A DNA stretch of 64,000 nucleotides from Armatimonadia bacterium (lineage in GTDB: Bacteria > Armatimonadota > Zipacnadia > Zipacnadales > UBA11051): assembly GCA_039683575.1 (NCBI GenBank), contig JBDKRC010000137.1, positions 1 through 64,000 on the forward strand. Reading direction: 5' to 3'. Made by a program: the position numbers and the translations under genes. Shown piece after piece: positions 8,256 to 18,684 of the stretch; within the stretch, counting starts at the first letter, position 1, and each line of letters begins with the position of its first letter. The notes beneath the pieces were generated by a model. It searched no databases. It was not told where the DNA came from and was given only the letters and a program-made list of their open reading frames with translations.

Positions 8256-11200
8256 TTAGTACCTGGCATAGCCCGAGGGGATGATTTCAATCTCGTCGCC
8301 AATTCCGACATCACACACGACGTATGCGCCTCCTGCAGGGAAGTCCTGCAGAGCCTTCGCGTCAAGCGGCGTGAAGGCCGCTTCCGTGGCAGACTTCAGA
8401 CGCCACTCTCTGCCCGACGGAGACTTGCGCACCGGCTTCCCATCGAAAAGACCCGCATTGACGCGCAGTTTCATTACCGGAGTCTGGCTGGCGAAACTCC
8501 CGGCCGTCCCGCTCTCAGCGACCACTCCGCGCGCAACGATCAGCGGCATGTTCAACACGAAGCGGCACGAACCTCCCGCAAGGCGTTCAGCTTTCTCGAT
8601 TGTGTACACCGATGTGTAGCCGTAAGCCTTGTTGCGCACGAGCAGCTTGTTGCCCACGAAACTGCTGGTCGGGTCGAGACTGCCCTCGGCGGTCTTGACC
8701 GCGACGGCGGACTTCTCTGCATTTGCCGCAGTCACCGTACCGTGATAGGTGCCCGGAAGCTCCAGCCGCCCAGCCTCCGACGCCAGCTCTCCCCCACCCA
8801 CCAGCATCGCCGCGATGGGCTTGCCTTGCTTCAGCGTCAAGAGCGCAAACCGCCCCTCAAAGTACACATCCCTATCCCCCACCTTCAGATGCCGTCCTCG
8901 CCAGTCTTCCTGGCTCGCGCTGCTGATCAGGATATCCTGCCGGACCGCCCCCGCGGCGTTCACGGTCTCAACCAGCACAGCCGTCAACTCGCCCGGCTTG
9001 ATCGGATCATCTTCCTCGGTGGTGACCGGCAGCGCCCGAACTGCCCGCACCCGCGACGGCTCCCGGTGTGCTTCGATGATGGACACAAACGCGCTCACCT
9101 GCCGCGAATCAGCGGGCCGGTCGCGCACGATCAGGTGCCCCTCCAGCGGCGCCTGCCCGCGCACCCCATAGCCTTCGCTGACCGCCCTGATGACCTCGCG
9201 GCCCGGCTGTCCGAGCATGTGGAGGGTGAGCATCACAGGCTCCGTATCACGAGCCTTCAAGACGCCATCCGCTACCGAGTACGTCCCATCGTTGCGCGCC
9301 CAGAACTTCTCGTCGAGAGGCTTCGTGAAGTCCGCCCTGATCGGCGCGCCGCCCTCGGGCGTGATCGTGAAGTCGCTGTAGTCGTACGCGTAGTTGTAGT
9401 AATGTAGCAATCCCACCGAGCCGCTCTTAGCGGGCGCGCCGGCCACGTCTACGCTGCCTGTCGCCTTGCCATCAACCGTCATCGTCGCCTGATCCTCGCG
9501 AACCTGCACTTTCACTGCCACGGGCTTGCCAATCGGCAAGCTGCCGGCAGGCATCATGATCACGCGGCGGTTGTTGACCTGCTGCGGATCAGTTGCGAAG
9601 ACAAATACACATCGTTCCTGTGGGCCGCCAGCCTGCCCGACGCGGGTGATATTGAACTCGACCGTGCAGTTGGTGAAGCTCTGCTTCGTGAGCAGGTAGC
9701 GGTCGCCCTGCGACCCACCGCTCTTCGGCGACCAGACAGCCTTCACGAGGCCCTCACCTGGCGCGCGTTGCACGTCCCACAGCCACCCATATCCCGCCTT
9801 GGTAGTCGGCTCCACGTCCTCCCCTGCCAGCGAACCGCGCGCTTGTTTCACCCACGGTGGCTGCTGGCCCTCGATTGTGACCGCCATGTCCTCTGGTTTA
9901 CCGAAGGAGTGGAAGAGATAGTCGCGCGTCTTGCCCCCCGCGACCCGGAACAGGTCGAACGTGTACAGCGGCTCCCCGGCATCATCGCGCACCAGCGCGA
10001 CTGTGCGGCGGTACAGGCTGCACTGCGGATACGCATCCTCTGCCGAGGCCTCAACGACATCGCACGAAGGGCTGGTGGCGTAATAATGCAGGTCGCCGAT
10101 GACGTTCCAGGCCTGTCCGGCTTCATCAACCATTACCGTGCAATGACTGGCAGTGTTCATCTCCCAGCCACCCGCCTTGCGGTCGGTCCACGTCGTCGGA
10201 TATCCCAGGTCGGCGCTGAAGTCCCAGCCGTAGCGGAAGATGTTGATCGCCAGCTTGTCCGGATGCCCATGCCCGTATTGGCCCTTGCTGAAGGTCATGG
10301 CGACATGTTGCCGGGTCGCGGCCTTGTCGCCGGCGCGCAAGATCGCGATGCCGCCGTCATCAAACATGTACGAGCGCGAGGGAGGGAGCTTGGCATCGGC
10401 AGGCTTGGCCGGAGGCGCGGGCTGAATATGGAAGACGCGCCAACAGTCGCCGGACTCGGCTCTTGCAGCTTCCATGTCACCGCCGCCTGCCGCCATGATC
10501 TTGCTTTGGTAGTAGCCGCGCTGCGCCGGCAGCCGCAGCAGCGCCCGCTCGTCGTTGAGGCCGTAGGCGACGCCCTCGCGCAGGTTTTGCGAACGTGACC
10601 CGCCGACGTCGCCGATCTGCGGCACGCGGCCATCGCAGTCTATGTAGCGAATGAAATCGAACAAGGCGCTCATGCGGTAATCGGGATCGTTGTACAGATC
10701 GAGAGGCTTGCCCTCGTAGGGGTAGCCATGAATCCACTCAGCAATCGCCAGTGGAGTCTGCGCATTGCCGAGGTTGTAGCCGGTGCTGTCGTAGATGAAC
10801 TTGCCATCGCGGAACCACGAATTCGTCAGCATCACCCGCAGCCCCACATCGCTCTCCAGCATCTCCCGCGCGATCTTGTCGTTGCCAAGGCACGAAGCCA
10901 GCCCGGAGAGCGCGGTCATCTCATACATGATGAAGTCGCCGTCAAAGTACGGCATGCAACGGTGGAGGTACTCGTAGATGTAGCCCAGGAGATTGCGCTG
11001 CAGGTTGTAAGTCAAGTCGTTGCCGTCGCACTTGCCGTCCGCGTTATAGTCAGCATCGCCCTTCGCCGCAAAGAAGTCTCGAAGCGCTGCGTCTTTGGGG
11101 ACCTCGTCCCAAATCAGGTCGCAGGCGAGGATTATGTTCTGGACGAGAAAGCGTTCGAAGGTGTTGCCGATGTAGCCGTCCTGGCGCTGCGAGGGACCTT

Positions 11201-12449
11201 CGAGTCCGCCGTCATAGAAGCGGTACAACTCGGCCAGCCGGTTGAGCATCACGGCGCACTTGTGCGCATATTTCGCGTCGCCGGTGAAGGCGTACGCCTC
11301 CGCAAGCATCATCACCGGCGTGCCGCCCTTGTACTTCGATCCTCCGTCGCCCTCATACGGGCCTGAGAAGAGCTTGCCGAGCAGGAAGTACCGGTATGCT
11401 GCCACAAAGTAGTAGCGCCGGCCCGCCTTCGGGAAGCCCGCCGGGGCCAACCAGCCGCTGCCATCATCGTGGACGGTCACGTTCTCACCCGTGCCGGGGT
11501 TCTTCACGACTGCGCCGTCATACCACTCCTCGTCGCCCTGCTTGCACTTCCAGCGGTTGGGCTGCTCAAGGGTCGCGGTGTAGCTTCCGCGCGCACCGCC
11601 GTGGATCGGACAGCCGTGCTCAAACGAGGGGCAGAGAGCGCGGGGGTTACCCTCGGGGATCAGGCTGTAGATGTAGTCGTCCGCCTGCCCCACCCACCAG
11701 TCCGCGTCCCTGATGATCATACCGGCATACGACTTGGCCCACTGCCGGGTCGCGAGGTTCTTGCGCCCGAGCGCGAGGTCCTGGCGGTCAATGATCCCCA
11801 TGAAGCCGCTCGTTTTGGGCTTGCTCATGACCACGGCAAGCTGTGGCGCCACGCGCTGCTCATCCTCCGCCAGCCGCAGCTTGCGCAGATCCTGCGCCAA
11901 GGTCTGCTTCAGAGCCCCCGTATCCACAGCCGCACCGGTCGGCTCGCCGTTCACCTGCACCTCATTGACCTGCAGACGGTTACTGGTTGCCGTGTTGGCC
12001 GACCCCGCCGGCTGCCTCACGCACAGCGCCGACACGGGCGTTGCCGGGAGATCAACCGTGGTCGTCGGCTCCAGCCCCGGCTCCGTTGCCTTAAGTTCGA
12101 CCCACTTGCCCTCGCTCCAGCCCAGCACCACCAGCTTCTGCGGCGCCTGCGGCCCGCCCCAGCTGATCACGACCTGCGCCGGCTTGACCTGCTTGGGGAA
12201 GATGAGCACGAGGCTGTGAGTGACTTCCCAGTCATCGGAGAGCCACGCGGTATCGAGTCTGCCATCAAAGGCGAGCCAGGGGTGCCAGCCATCAAGGCCC
12301 CAGCGGTCACGATGCTGCGAATCAGCAATTGCGACCACGCCCGGAAGCTGCGCCAGATCGGCGGCTTGCGCGCCGAGGCACGCCAACAGCGTAACGCCGC
12401 AGGTGAAGATGATCACAAAGCGCCGCAAAGAGCCCAATAGTTGCTCCAT
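8256..12449 (-). CDS. Heparinase II/III-family polysaccharide lyase-like protein with N-terminal discoidin (F5/8) domain
   Basis: Signal peptide; AFDGRLDTAW discoidin motif; helical core; HGHPDKL, ADLGY, TASHCTVMVD, YRRTV, DLFRVAGG motifs. Confidence 0.78.
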   Translation of the reverse strand: MEQLLGSLRRFVIIFTCGVTLLACLGAQAADLAQLPGVVAIADSQHRDRWGLDGWHPWLAFDGRLDTAWLSDDWEVTHSLVLIFPKQVKPAQVVISWGGPQAPQKLVVLGWSEGKWVELKATEPGLEPTTTVDLPATPVSALCVRQPAGSANTATSNRLQVNEVQVNGEPTGAAVDTGALKQTLAQDLRKLRLAEDEQRVAPQLAVVMSKPKTSGFMGIIDRQDLALGRKNLATRQWAKSYAGMIIRDADWWVGQADDYIYSLIPEGNPRALCPSFEHGCPIHGGARGSYTATLEQPNRWKCKQGDEEWYDGAVVKNPGTGENVTVHDDGSGWLAPAGFPKAGRRYYFVAAYRYFLLGKLFSGPYEGDGGSKYKGGTPVMMLAEAYAFTGDAKYAHKCAVMLNRLAELYRFYDGGLEGPSQRQDGYIGNTFERFLVQNIILACDLIWDEVPKDAALRDFFAAKGDADYNADGKCDGNDLTYNLQRNLLGYIYEYLHRCMPYFDGDFIMYEMTALSGLASCLGNDKIAREMLESDVGLRVMLTNSWFRDGKFIYDSTGYNLGNAQTPLAIAEWIHGYPYEGKPLDLYNDPDYRMSALFDFIRYIDCDGRVPQIGDVGGSRSQNLREGVAYGLNDERALLRLPAQRGYYQSKIMAAGGGDMEAARAESGDCWRVFHIQPAPPAKPADAKLPPSRSYMFDDGGIAILRAGDKAATRQHVAMTFSKGQYGHGHPDKLAINIFRYGWDFSADLGYPTTWTDRKAGGWEMNTASHCTVMVDEAGQAWNVIGDLHYYATSPSCDVVEASAEDAYPQCSLYRRTVALVRDDAGEPLYTFDLFRVAGGKTRDYLFHSFGKPEDMAVTIEGQQPPWVKQARGSLAGEDVEPTTKAGYGWLWDVQRAPGEGLVKAVWSPKSGGSQGDRYLLTKQSFTNCTVEFNITRVGQAGGPQERCVFVFATDPQQVNNRRVIMMPAGSLPIGKPVAVKVQVREDQATMTVDGKATGSVDVAGAPAKSGSVGLLHYYNYAYDYSDFTITPEGGAPIRADFTKPLDEKFWARNDGTYSVADGVLKARDTEPVMLTLHMLGQPGREVIRAVSEGYGVRGQAPLEGHLIVRDRPADSRQVSAFVSIIEAHREPSRVRAVRALPVTTEEDDPIKPGELTAVLVETVNAAGAVRQDILISSASQEDWRGRHLKVGDRDVYFEGRFALLTLKQGKPIAAMLVGGGELASEAGRLELPGTYHGTVTAANAEKSAVAVKTAEGSLDPTSSFVGNKLLVRNKAYGYTSVYTIEKAERLAGGSCRFVLNMPLIVARGVVAESGTAGSFASQTPVMKLRVNAGLFDGKPVRKSPSGREWRLKSATEAAFTPLDAKALQDFPAGGAYVVCDVGIGDEIEIIPSGYARY

Positions 12450-12556
12450 AGTGAGAACTGAATTTCCCTTCAGGTGTCAATCATACCTGCTGCTGCAGGT
12501 CTGGCGCGGTGCGTGCGAGAAGTGGCAGGTAACCGCCTTGGAAGGATCTCTGTACC

Positions 12557-15500
12557 ATGCGATTCACGCTCTTGCTCCTGCCCCTCGTCATCGCCATCTC
12601 AGCCTTTGCTGCCGAGGACATCCCGCTCAAGAACGCCTCGTTCGACGCCGGCGTCGACGCCAAAGGCACTCCCGAGGGCTGGAGTCGCTATGGCGGCACC
12701 CTCGCTGAGCAGAAACTCAGTCTGGTGCCCGCCCCGCAAGGCAAGGCACTGCTTATTGACGACGGCAGCCCCACCGAGGAGATCGGCGTCACCCAGGCCG
12801 TGCCCATCAAGGCCGGCGAGACCTACCGCGTCACTGTCATGGTCGCTGCGGTGCCCGGGGCCGAGGCTGCCGGAGCCTACCTGCAAATGCGCTTCCAGCC
12901 CACCGACAAGTTCACCCAGGTAGCACTGACCCCGAAGGCCGAGGATGGTTTCACCGAGATTGCTGCGACCATGACGGCCCCCGAGGGTTCCGAACGGCTG
13001 ACAATCTATCTCTACAGTCACAAGGAGACCACTCCGAAAGTCCTGGTGGATAACGTGAAAGTGCAAACCGCCGAACCCGTCGCCGCATCTGCCACGATTC
13101 CCGAACCGAAGGTCCCGCAGTACGCCAAGCTCAAGGACCTGCACCTCGCCACGCCGCTGGTCCAGGGCGGTAAGCCCATGGTCACGATTGTTGCGCCCCC
13201 TCCATATAAGCAGGTCGGCGAATCGCTAAAATCGGCCATAAAAGATTCCACCGGCGTCGAAGTTCCGGTGGTTAGCGACGACGCCCCCGCCGCTGCACTG
13301 CCCCTGCAGGGCCATCTGATCGTCCTGGGCAACCGCTCGACCAACAAGACAATCAGCGCCCTCTACGACCGCGCCTACACCTTCCTCGACCTCAAGTACC
13401 CCGGCCCCGGCGGCTATGTCCTGCGCAGCCTCCACAGCCCCTTCGGCGACGGGCGAAACGTGATCTTTGTCGGCGGCAGCGATGACGCCGGAGTAGCCAC
13501 CGCCGCGCGAGCGCTCGTAAAGAAGCTCTCTGGCAAGCCCGGGGAGTTGGCGGTCGGCTGGCTCAGCGACCTCAAGCTCAGCCCCGACTACGCCCTGCCC
13601 GCGGACCTCAAGCAGGCCGAAATCTGGGAAGCGTCCGAGATGTACGGCTCCTCTGGCTACTTCGGCTGGAACATGATCAGCAAGCTCATGGCGCTGTACT
13701 ACATGTCGGGTGATGAGAAGTACCTCAAGGAATTCATGCGTCTCTCCTTCCCCGATGCTGCGGCCATCAAGGAGATCGAGGACGGAGACGGCGAGCGCAT
13801 CGAAAACAAAACTGACCCGCTGGCCGGGCCCTACCACTACTCGGCGCACATGATGATCGTGCTCTGGGACCTGATCGAGGAGAGCCCCTTCTTCACCGAC
13901 GCGCAACGCCTGACCATCACGAATGCCTTTGCCCGGCAGTTGACCCACCGCGTTGTCGAGGGCGTGTATGGCCGCACGGAGCCGCAGGCAGGCATCGGCG
14001 ACCGCCATGGCGACTGGGCAGCCTTCTCGCTCTACGTGCTGGGGCGCTACTTCAACAAGGACTACCCTGAGCCGGTCTGGCAGCGCTCCCTGCAGGCTGC
14101 CGATCAGTACTTCAACGTCCTCAAGCGCACCTACTGGATGGCCGGCAATAACGACCATCTCTTCTGGTTCACCTCGTACTACGACCCGATGCTGAACTAC
14201 CTTCTCATGACCGGCCGGCGTGACCCCGACATGCTGGCCAACCTCCGCCGCGCCTTCGAGACCCAGGAGATACTCTTCACCGGCAGAGAGCGCGACACGG
14301 GCCTCAAGGCCTCGGCTCTGAGCATGCTCAACAAGGCGGCCTACATCCTGGGCGATGGGCGCTGGCTGTGGTACAGAGGCCGTATCGGCGTCAACCAGGA
14401 TTGCCTGCGTCTCGGGCAATCATTCTGGCCCGGTCCCGATCTCAAGCCTGTCGCCCCGACTGACCAGATCGGCAAGTGGAACCTCCACTGGATGTCCGAG
14501 GACATGTGGAAAAGCCGGGCCACAGGCTTCCCGATGGACCAGTCGTTCCGCTGGGGCGCCTACCGCAGCGAGCTTGGCCCCGGCGGCGACTACCTCATGA
14601 TCGACGGCTACAACGGCGCTGGCCGCAATCCCTACCACACCTTCGACATCCTCGAACTCCGTCTGAATGGCGCGACGCTGCTCAGCGGCTACAACAACCA
14701 GGTGCTCTCCAGCGCCGACGGCATGGTTGAGCCGCAAGTCGCGATGGATGGCCGGCTGCTGCACCACGACGTTCTGGGCCAGACCGCCAGCTTCGTCGGC
14801 GAGGTGCCGAAGCTGGCCTTCGCCAACTGGCAGCGCTCGTTAGCCCAGCGCGTAGGCCGCTACGCCGTGGTCGTGGACGATCTGGCCTTCCGCACCGATA
14901 GCGAGAACATCAAGGCGCAGACCACATGGCAGATGCCCTCGGCGACGTGGCTGCCGGCCCTGAACCTGGCGCGGGTGAAGGCCTATGGCGCCATCTCCAT
15001 GCCTGAGGGCTGGCTCAACTTCCCTGCCATTGATGCCACCTGCGCCTGTGGCCCCGGCACTCCCGCCGATCTGCTGTCGCGGCTCGCCTCGATAGACATC
15101 ATGCTCCTCAAAGCGCAGGGGCCGGGAACCTGGATCGAGATGCCCTTTGAGCTCAAGCAGAAGTTGACCGGCGAGGTCTTCGCGGACTTGCTCAACTACG
15201 AGGACCGTGGCATCGTGCGCCTCTACCTCGATGGCAAGCAAGTGGGGGACGATGTGAATCACTACGCGGGCGCGGTGGCCACTACCCGCGTTTCTCTCGG
15301 TATCCATGACCTCGCCGCGGGCACGCACCGCCTGAAGGTCGAGGTCGTCGGCAAGCGCCCCGAGGCGAAGAAGTACTTCGTGGGGCTGACCGGCGTGAAG
15401 ATCCGCCCCGAGGGAGCGGCGACCGCTGCCCCGCAGGTGACTTACGAGTTGCATAGTTCGGAGCTGATGGACGTCTCGGGCGGCGGCATCATCACGATGG

Positions 15501-17236
15501 AGTGGCGCGGCGCGGCCAGGAACGGCCAGCACCGCCGCTTCTTCCACCTGCTCGGGGCCAATCCCACCGGCAGTGACGATGGCCTCGCCTGCCTGCAGGT
15601 GGCCGAGAACGCCGCCGCACTCGCCGTGCCCGAGGCGGGCATCGTGTCGTGTGGCGACTACAAGTCAAACCGGGCGCAACTGGCCATATTGACCGAGAAG
15701 AGCGCCTACGCCCAGGCCGCGCGTACCCTTGGGTTGGAGGAGACGCTGCTAGACTCCGATGTGCCGGTTGACGTGGACTGGGACTTCGAGAAGGGCGTGC
15801 TCAACCTAAGCGGCGGCGGTGGCAAGCTCTGGCTCGCTCTTCAGAGCCCCGACGTCAAGATAGACGGCAACCCGGTGAAGCTCAAGCCGGAAGGCAAAAT
15901 GACGCTCATCACGCTGGCAAATGGGCAACTGCTCCCGGCCGGCCGCCACGTCATCACGGGTGCCACGCCCTCTACCGCCGCCTGGAAACCCCTCACCGCC
16001 AGCCTCCCTGCCCTCCTGGCGCAAGCCCGCCAGAAGCGCTCCGAGCAGGTCGTGGCCCGCGCGGCGAAGACTGCCGACGTCGTGGCCGGAATGAAGCCCG
16101 CGAGCCAGGCGCAACTGGGCGGCAAGCCTCTCGAAACCATAGTGATCCCCTCCCCCGCAGGTGACCAACTCTGCACAGCGGTCGGCAAAGACGTCATTAT
16201 CCTCGACGCAACAGGCAAGGAGGTCCGGCGCCTGAGCGTTGCCGGCAACGTCATGGCCCTGCGCTGGTGGGCCGAGCCCAAGCTCCTGCTCGTAGGCTGC
16301 GCGGATGAGAAGGTCGTGGCCTTCGACGAGCAGGGCGCCCGCAAGTGGGACTTCACCTCGGTCATGGACCACGCCGTCTACGAGGCCGGCAAGCAGTACT
16401 GGTTCAAGTCCGCCGACCCCGGCGTACATGGTCTGTACAGCGGCCCGTTTGACGAGGGGAAGAGCCGGGCCTTCGTCGGCAGCGCCTGCACGCTGGAGAT
16501 CCTCGACGAAACCGGACAGTTGGTCAAGCGCCTGCCGGTATTCTGGGGTCCCGGAACCAAGTTCATGCTCACCGACGCCGCCGACGGCAGCAAAAACCTG
16601 CTGGTCGCGCGCTGGCCCAACGACGGCCACAGCCTCGCCATCATCAACAGCAAGCAGATGGGCGAGACGGGGCGCGGGTTCGACGGCGTCCCCAGCGGCC
16701 ATACCTATGTCGGCGGCTGGGACTGCATGAACCGCGAGGACAACTACTATGTTGACCTCGACGGCGACGGCAAGCGCGAGGTAGTCTCGGCGATCAACGG
16801 GACTTGGAACCGCATCACGGTCTTCAGCGAGGCCGGGGCGCCACTCTACAACGCCCAGTTCGGCTCCGGCGTCCCCACAGCCCGCGAGAACCTGCGCATG
16901 ATGGACGTCGCAGACCTCAATGGCGACGGCAAGCAGGAGATCGTGGTGGGCATCTCGGCAGGATTGGTAGTCTGCCTGGACAGCCAGACGAAGAAGCTGT
17001 GGTCCCGCCAGTTGGCGAGCCCACCGACCGTGGTACGTCCGGTGCCGGGAGGGACGCCCTGGCTGCTGATAGGATGTCAGGACGGCACCACGTACGCACT
17101 CGATGGCAAGGGCCAGGTGCTGCGGCAGGGGAAGATGAGCGGGCGGGCGGTTGACGCACGGGTGCTGCAGACCCCGTCAGGCCCGCTGGGCGTCATTGTG
17201 ACTGACAGCGGAGCGATGGCGGGTTTCCGGCTCTAG
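12557..17236 (+). CDS. Large secreted multidomain carbohydrate-active protein (CBM-like N-terminus, helical core, CBM-like insert, FG-GAP/PQQ-type propeller)
   Basis: Signal peptide; NASFD..PEGW CBM4/9-like start; LIVLGN..N..GGSDDAG domain; DLDGDGKREVV and DLNGDGKQEIV repeats. Confidence 0.7.
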   Translation: MRFTLLLLPLVIAISAFAAEDIPLKNASFDAGVDAKGTPEGWSRYGGTLAEQKLSLVPAPQGKALLIDDGSPTEEIGVTQAVPIKAGETYRVTVMVAAVPGAEAAGAYLQMRFQPTDKFTQVALTPKAEDGFTEIAATMTAPEGSERLTIYLYSHKETTPKVLVDNVKVQTAEPVAASATIPEPKVPQYAKLKDLHLATPLVQGGKPMVTIVAPPPYKQVGESLKSAIKDSTGVEVPVVSDDAPAAALPLQGHLIVLGNRSTNKTISALYDRAYTFLDLKYPGPGGYVLRSLHSPFGDGRNVIFVGGSDDAGVATAARALVKKLSGKPGELAVGWLSDLKLSPDYALPADLKQAEIWEASEMYGSSGYFGWNMISKLMALYYMSGDEKYLKEFMRLSFPDAAAIKEIEDGDGERIENKTDPLAGPYHYSAHMMIVLWDLIEESPFFTDAQRLTITNAFARQLTHRVVEGVYGRTEPQAGIGDRHGDWAAFSLYVLGRYFNKDYPEPVWQRSLQAADQYFNVLKRTYWMAGNNDHLFWFTSYYDPMLNYLLMTGRRDPDMLANLRRAFETQEILFTGRERDTGLKASALSMLNKAAYILGDGRWLWYRGRIGVNQDCLRLGQSFWPGPDLKPVAPTDQIGKWNLHWMSEDMWKSRATGFPMDQSFRWGAYRSELGPGGDYLMIDGYNGAGRNPYHTFDILELRLNGATLLSGYNNQVLSSADGMVEPQVAMDGRLLHHDVLGQTASFVGEVPKLAFANWQRSLAQRVGRYAVVVDDLAFRTDSENIKAQTTWQMPSATWLPALNLARVKAYGAISMPEGWLNFPAIDATCACGPGTPADLLSRLASIDIMLLKAQGPGTWIEMPFELKQKLTGEVFADLLNYEDRGIVRLYLDGKQVGDDVNHYAGAVATTRVSLGIHDLAAGTHRLKVEVVGKRPEAKKYFVGLTGVKIRPEGAATAAPQVTYELHSSELMDVSGGGIITMEWRGAARNGQHRRFFHLLGANPTGSDDGLACLQVAENAAALAVPEAGIVSCGDYKSNRAQLAILTEKSAYAQAARTLGLEETLLDSDVPVDVDWDFEKGVLNLSGGGGKLWLALQSPDVKIDGNPVKLKPEGKMTLITLANGQLLPAGRHVITGATPSTAAWKPLTASLPALLAQARQKRSEQVVARAAKTADVVAGMKPASQAQLGGKPLETIVIPSPAGDQLCTAVGKDVIILDATGKEVRRLSVAGNVMALRWWAEPKLLLVGCADEKVVAFDEQGARKWDFTSVMDHAVYEAGKQYWFKSADPGVHGLYSGPFDEGKSRAFVGSACTLEILDETGQLVKRLPVFWGPGTKFMLTDAADGSKNLLVARWPNDGHSLAIINSKQMGETGRGFDGVPSGHTYVGGWDCMNREDNYYVDLDGDGKREVVSAINGTWNRITVFSEAGAPLYNAQFGSGVPTARENLRMMDVADLNGDGKQEIVVGISAGLVVCLDSQTKKLWSRQLASPPTVVRPVPGGTPWLLIGCQDGTTYALDGKGQVLRQGKMSGRAVDARVLQTPSGPLGVIVTDSGAMAGFRL

Positions 17237-17257
17237 ACTACCGAGGAGGCGCAGTGG

Positions 17258-18628
17258 ATGATCCAGGCGGCACGACTGCAGGCGCTCAACTCCCTGCCCG
17301 TGCGCAAGGGACGCTACGTGCTGTACTGGATGCAGGCCTCGCAGCGTGCCGAGTGCAACCACGCGCTCGAATACGCCGTCCGCGAGGCCAACCGCCTGCA
17401 ACTGCCGGTCCTGGTGGTCTTCGGACTGACCCACGACTACCCCAGCGCCAACGAGCGTCACTACCGCTTCATGCTCGAGGGCCTGTGCGAGACGCAGCAG
17501 GCGCTCAGCAAGCGGGGGATGCGCCTGGTGGCACTGGATGCGGACCCACCACAGGCTGCTCTCCACCTGTCGCGCGACGCTGCGCTGCTGGTCTGCGACC
17601 GCGGCTATACGCGGGTCCAGACACAGTGGCGAGAGCAAGTGGCGGCTGAGTCGCAATGCCCCGTCGTGCAGGTCGAGACGGACGTGGTCGTCCCGGTTGA
17701 AGCGGCGTCAGACAAAGAGGAATTCGCCGCCCGCACCATCCGTCCGAAGCTGCACCGTCTGCTGCCCGAGTACCTCGTTCCACTCAAGCAGCAGCGTCCG
17801 CACCTCCCGTCACTTGACCTGCCGCTGCCGGGGCGGCTGCGGGAGCTTGACCTATCTGATCCAGCCGCGCTGCTCAAGCGCCTCAAGCTCCCGCAACTAC
17901 GAGGCTACGGCGCTGCTTCACGCTTCACTGGCGGCACAGCCGCCGCCCGGAAGGCTCTCAGCGCATTCCTACAGAACCGGCTGGACCACTATGATGAGCT
18001 TCAGAGCGACCCCTCGCGCGATGCCACGTCACACGTCAGCCCGTTCCTGCACTTCGGCCAACTCTCGCCGCTGGAGGTGGCCTTGGCGGTGCAGGGTCAT
18101 GGCGGACCGGGCGTGGAGCCGTTCCTGGAGCAACTGATCGTCCGGCGTGAGTTGGCGATGAACTTCGTGCGCCACAACCCACAGTACGACCAATACGCCT
18201 CGATCCCACAGTGGGCCGCTGTCTCGCTGCGGGAGCACGCCGCCGACCCTCGCCCGGTACTGTACACACTCGAGCAACTCGAACAGGCCGCGACCGCCGA
18301 CGAATACTGGAACGCAGCCATGCAGGAGACGCTCCTGACGGGTTTCATGCACAACTACATGCGGATGTACTGGGGGAAGAAGGTGCTGGAGTGGAGCCGG
18401 ACGCCGCAAGAGGCCTTCGAGCGGCTGGTGTACTTGAATGACAAGTACTTCGTGGATGGCCGCGATCCGGCCTCGTACATGAACATCGCCTGGTGCTTCG
18501 GTAAGCACGACCGCCCCTTCGCCGAGCGTCCGATCTTCGGCAAGATCCGCTACATGAACGCGGCGGGCCTCAAGCGCAAGTTCAACATGAAGGCCTACCT
18601 CGAACGCGTCGCGACATACAAGCGATAG
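17258..18628 (+). CDS. phr: Class II CPD DNA photolyase
   Basis: YVLYWMQASQR..NHAL, SPFLHFGQLS, VRRELA.NF, GFMHNYMRMYWGKK, DGRDP, ERPIFGKIRYM. Confidence 0.93.
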   Translation: MIQAARLQALNSLPVRKGRYVLYWMQASQRAECNHALEYAVREANRLQLPVLVVFGLTHDYPSANERHYRFMLEGLCETQQALSKRGMRLVALDADPPQAALHLSRDAALLVCDRGYTRVQTQWREQVAAESQCPVVQVETDVVVPVEAASDKEEFAARTIRPKLHRLLPEYLVPLKQQRPHLPSLDLPLPGRLRELDLSDPAALLKRLKLPQLRGYGAASRFTGGTAAARKALSAFLQNRLDHYDELQSDPSRDATSHVSPFLHFGQLSPLEVALAVQGHGGPGVEPFLEQLIVRRELAMNFVRHNPQYDQYASIPQWAAVSLREHAADPRPVLYTLEQLEQAATADEYWNAAMQETLLTGFMHNYMRMYWGKKVLEWSRTPQEAFERLVYLNDKYFVDGRDPASYMNIAWCFGKHDRPFAERPIFGKIRYMNAAGLKRKFNMKAYLERVATYKR

Positions 18629-18684
18629 CTCGCGGTGGGTTCGTCCCGAACCCACACGCCCCCCAATAACCACCGGAGACACAC

